From a virus: a stretch of 34,986 bases of DNA. The notes under the pieces were generated by a model. It made no database searches. It was given only the letters and a program-made list of their open reading frames with translations, and had not been told where the DNA came from. The stretch lies in UHGV virus genome UHGV-0285842, one strand, 5' to 3'. The first letter of the stretch is position 1. Each line of letters opens with the position of its first letter. The translations under genes and the position numbers were made by a program. Shown here in pieces: positions 32,936-34,986 of this stretch.

Positions 32936-32963
32936 AGCCTCCCTTGTTGCAGCAAAGGAGGCT
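32936..32963 (-). terminator. hairpin with U-tract on the minus strand
   Basis: AGCCTCC (32936-32942) / GGAGGCT (32957-32963); A-run on the plus strand upstream gives a U-run on the minus-strand RNA. Confidence 0.35.
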
Positions 32964-33009
32964 TGAAATGAACAATTAAAACTAACACAGCATTCAGGAG
33001 TATTTATAA

Positions 33010-34005
33010 ATGAAAAATTCTAAGCGCATCACCTTCAACCTGTTTATTAAATCCAACGGCAAACTGAACATTACCGTCATGGAAGGTAAAGCAAGCAAAC
33101 AAGACAAATCCTTTGAAGTAGTATCCGGTAAGACTCTGACCGAAATGCGTCAGAATGCTGGCATCAAAGACGGTGCTGAATGGCAGATCACTAACCGTTT
33201 CGACAAACGTCACGTTAAACCTACACTGGTAGAAGGTGAATCCGTTTATTGCTTCGCTCGTGCTGTTAAAGCCGATGAAACTTACTATCTCGCTGTTGTT
33301 AAAACTGCTTCCGGCTTCCGTGCTGTAATGCATCACAAGAGCAAGCGTAACGAATACGGCGTAGAGACCCAGGAAGTTGCTAAACGCTTCCGTACTGTTG
33401 CCACCGAATCCACTGTAAAAGATGTTTCTGGTACTGTTAACACCACTAAAGGCGGTTCCTTCTACAACCACGCATTACAGGTTACTTCCTCCTTCTTCTG
33501 CAAAAAAGAAGCACAGAAAGAAGTTGCTCCGGTAGTAGTTGAAGAAGTTAAAGAAGAAGTTGCAGTGGTTGAATCTTCCGAAGTTGAAGCACTGAAAGCA
33601 CGCATTGCTGAACTGGAAGCTGAAAACGCATCTCTGAAAGCTGAACTGGCAGCACAGGAAACCACTTTCGAAGTAGCAGCGGTTGAAGTTGAAGCAGTTG
33701 AAGAAAAATCCATTGATGAAGAACTGGAAGAACTCCTTAACTATCGCTGGGGTGTTGTTGCAGAAGTAGAACAAGAAGTTGCTCCGGTAGTTGTTCCGGT
33801 TGAAGTTGAAAAAGAATCCGCACCTGTTACTAACTTTGAATCCCTGCGCAATAACTTTATGGCTAAATTCAAAACCACTTGGGAAGATACCGAAGAAGAA
33901 CAAGAAGAGATTGAAGTAAACGAAGACGAGATCCGCGAAGCACAGATGGCACTGCATGACGCGATCTATGACACCAACTACAGCGCCTACGCACACGCAG
34001 CTTAA
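33010..34005 (+). CDS. acidic repeat protein (331 aa): N-terminal globular domain, Glu/Val/Ala-rich repeats and coiled coil
   Basis: CAGGAG Shine-Dalgarno before ATG 33010; codon choice (CGT, CTG, GGT, GAA, AAA, ACC) looks host-optimised compared with neighbours; internal EVAPVVV repeats and ALKARIAELEAENASLKAELAAQE heptads. Confidence 0.65.
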   Translation: MKNSKRITFNLFIKSNGKLNITVMEGKASKQDKSFEVVSGKTLTEMRQNAGIKDGAEWQITNRFDKRHVKPTLVEGESVYCFARAVKADETYYLAVVKTASGFRAVMHHKSKRNEYGVETQEVAKRFRTVATESTVKDVSGTVNTTKGGSFYNHALQVTSSFFCKKEAQKEVAPVVVEEVKEEVAVVESSEVEALKARIAELEAENASLKAELAAQETTFEVAAVEVEAVEEKSIDEELEELLNYRWGVVAEVEQEVAPVVVPVEVEKESAPVTNFESLRNNFMAKFKTTWEDTEEEQEEIEVNEDEIREAQMALHDAIYDTNYSAYAHAA

Positions 34006-34020
34006 TAGAGAGGTAATTCT

Positions 34021-34263
34021 ATGATTAATCAAAACAAAGAATTTCTGGGTAATCTGATGTTAGAAATTACCAAAATGAAAGAAAGAATGGTAGCGATGGA
34101 ATCAGAGATTAAAACACTTAAAGCTGATAATAAGGCGTTGAGAAAGTCCTTAAAGCTGATTGATGAGACTAATGCGGTTATGATGGATCATGTATTCCCT
34201 GAGTGGCGAAATGAAACTAAACCTACACAACATAAGAAACTTACACTTCGAATTGTTGCATAA
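34021..34263 (+). CDS. small coiled-coil protein (80 aa)
   Basis: AGAGAGGTAA before ATG 34021; heptad-rich; followed by a hairpin at 34269-34286. Confidence 0.55.
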   Translation: MINQNKEFLGNLMLEITKMKERMVAMESEIKTLKADNKALRKSLKLIDETNAVMMDHVFPEWRNETKPTQHKKLTLRIVA

Positions 34264-34286
34264 AAAAAGGGACTCCGAAGAGTCCC
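34262..34286. terminator. hairpin terminator (GGGACTC-CGAA-GAGTCCC) flanked by an A-run
   Basis: 7-bp stem; A7 upstream on the plus strand gives a U-tract for leftward transcripts; weaker T-rich tract downstream for rightward ones. Confidence 0.5.
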
Positions 34287-34363
34287 TAGTAAGTTTAGGT
34301 TAGGTTTGCACAACAAAGATGAGGTTATAATGAACATAATGCTACATTATTCTTTAAAGCCAG

Positions 34364-34388
34364 AAAAATAACCGCCCCGAAGGGCGGG
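34364..34388 (-). terminator. intrinsic terminator (UUCG-loop hairpin plus U-tract) for leftward transcripts
   Basis: Minus-strand RNA CCGCCC-UUCG-GGGCGG followed by UUAUUUUU. Confidence 0.55.
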
Positions 34389-34546
34389 AGGATTAATACT
34401 CAATCTATACTTGTTATGTTTTTATGTTGTATAGATCCTGACTATGAAAACACTGTACTGGAAGTGTGTTTTTATGGCTTTTAATCGGGAATCCTCAAAG
34501 AAGATCCCCTGTTAATAACCATAAGGAGAAAAGGCAGATTACACTA

Positions 34547-34720
34547 TTATTTAGTATCCTTTTTACAGCAACTAAAAAGAATAAACAAAAAGAAGCATAC
34601 CCAGCCGTAAGGCGTACCGATTAGAAATTTGAAAAACACCACCAGCGATATAAAAATCAATTTAATGCCAGCGACGATAGTCAAAAACAGCAGAGTAGCA
34701 AAGTAGACAAAAAGATCCAT
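34547..34720 (-). CDS. small hydrophobic membrane protein (57 aa)
   Basis: AGAGGAT Shine-Dalgarno before ATG 34720; sequence MDLFVYFATLLFLTIVAGIKLIFISLVVFFKFLIGTPYGWVCFFLFILFSCCKKDTK predicts two transmembrane segments; below the ORF-track length cut-off. Confidence 0.45.
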   Translation of the reverse strand: MDLFVYFATLLFLTIVAGIKLIFISLVVFFKFLIGTPYGWVCFFLFILFSCCKKDTK

Positions 34721-34773
34721 AGATAATCCTCTTTGAAAACGACCATCATCTATAGTTCAATTCATCGATTTAA

Positions 34774-34875
34774 TTAATGATACTTGAAAGCGTTACACAA
34801 AGTAGAAATGCCAATATGTGCCAGTGAATATACGATAGTTAATCCTACAGCCAGATAAATCAAAAATTCAACCAT
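34774..34875 (-). CDS. small membrane protein (33 aa)
   Basis: GAGGAT Shine-Dalgarno before ATG 34875 (track ORF 34774-34986 runs to the window edge without a ribosome-binding site); hydrophobic core FLIYLAVGLTIVYSLAHIGI. Confidence 0.35.
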   Translation of the reverse strand: MVEFLIYLAVGLTIVYSLAHIGISTLCNAFKYH

Positions 34876-34905
34876 AGGTAAATCCTCAAATAAGAAAAAG
34901 GTTAG

Positions 34906-34924
34906 CGGGGGATGTTCTCCCCCG
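34906..34924 (-). terminator. hairpin (CGGGGGA / TCCCCCG) with U-rich tail on the minus strand
   Basis: 7-bp stem; the minus-strand RNA continues CUAACCUUUUUCUU just before the 34875 gene ribosome-binding site. Confidence 0.4.
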
Positions 34925-34986
34925 TAGACGTTGACCAGCTCAACATCCTTCACGTATATATTTAGTATAGAAATTTTAAGACACAT

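Noticed and set aside
33004-34032. Minus-strand ORFs 33004-33471, 33462-33713, 33475-34032 opposite the acidic repeat gene
   Set aside because: The plus-strand gene has a strong ribosome-binding site and optimised codons; antisense frames are Phe/Cys/Asn-rich artefacts of the GAA-rich sense strand.

Overview
Almost the whole window looks like one integrated temperate siphovirus-type prophage with lambda-like morphogenesis genes; its right end is not in the window. Positions 3-350 are the 3' part of a PHP-family phosphoesterase gene (ycdX-like) that appears truncated at the prophage junction. Next come a plus-strand cargo cluster (384-1783) and a large serine recombinase (1847-3526). A roughly 23-kb minus-strand late operon (28482 down to 5067) encodes lambda-gpA-like terminase large subunit, W-like protein, portal, a single-ORF protease-scaffold-capsid fusion, connector proteins, tail tube, G/T-like chaperones, tape measure, M/L/K-like proteins, a J-like central fibre and a lysis-like cluster with an M15 peptidase. 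A side-fibre module (fibre with C-terminal S74-type intramolecular chaperone plus three tandem paralogous small genes) sits between the head-completion and tail-tube genes. The right third (28.5-35 kb) is regulatory: three paralogous HTH-like small proteins, a Rha-type antirepressor operon, a 1.2-kb non-coding control region with iteron-like repeats, two sigma70-like promoters carrying related palindromes, candidate small RNAs, an acidic repeat protein and small membrane proteins. No rRNA, tRNA or CRISPR array was found. All functional calls rest on motifs and gene order read by eye; none was verified by database search.
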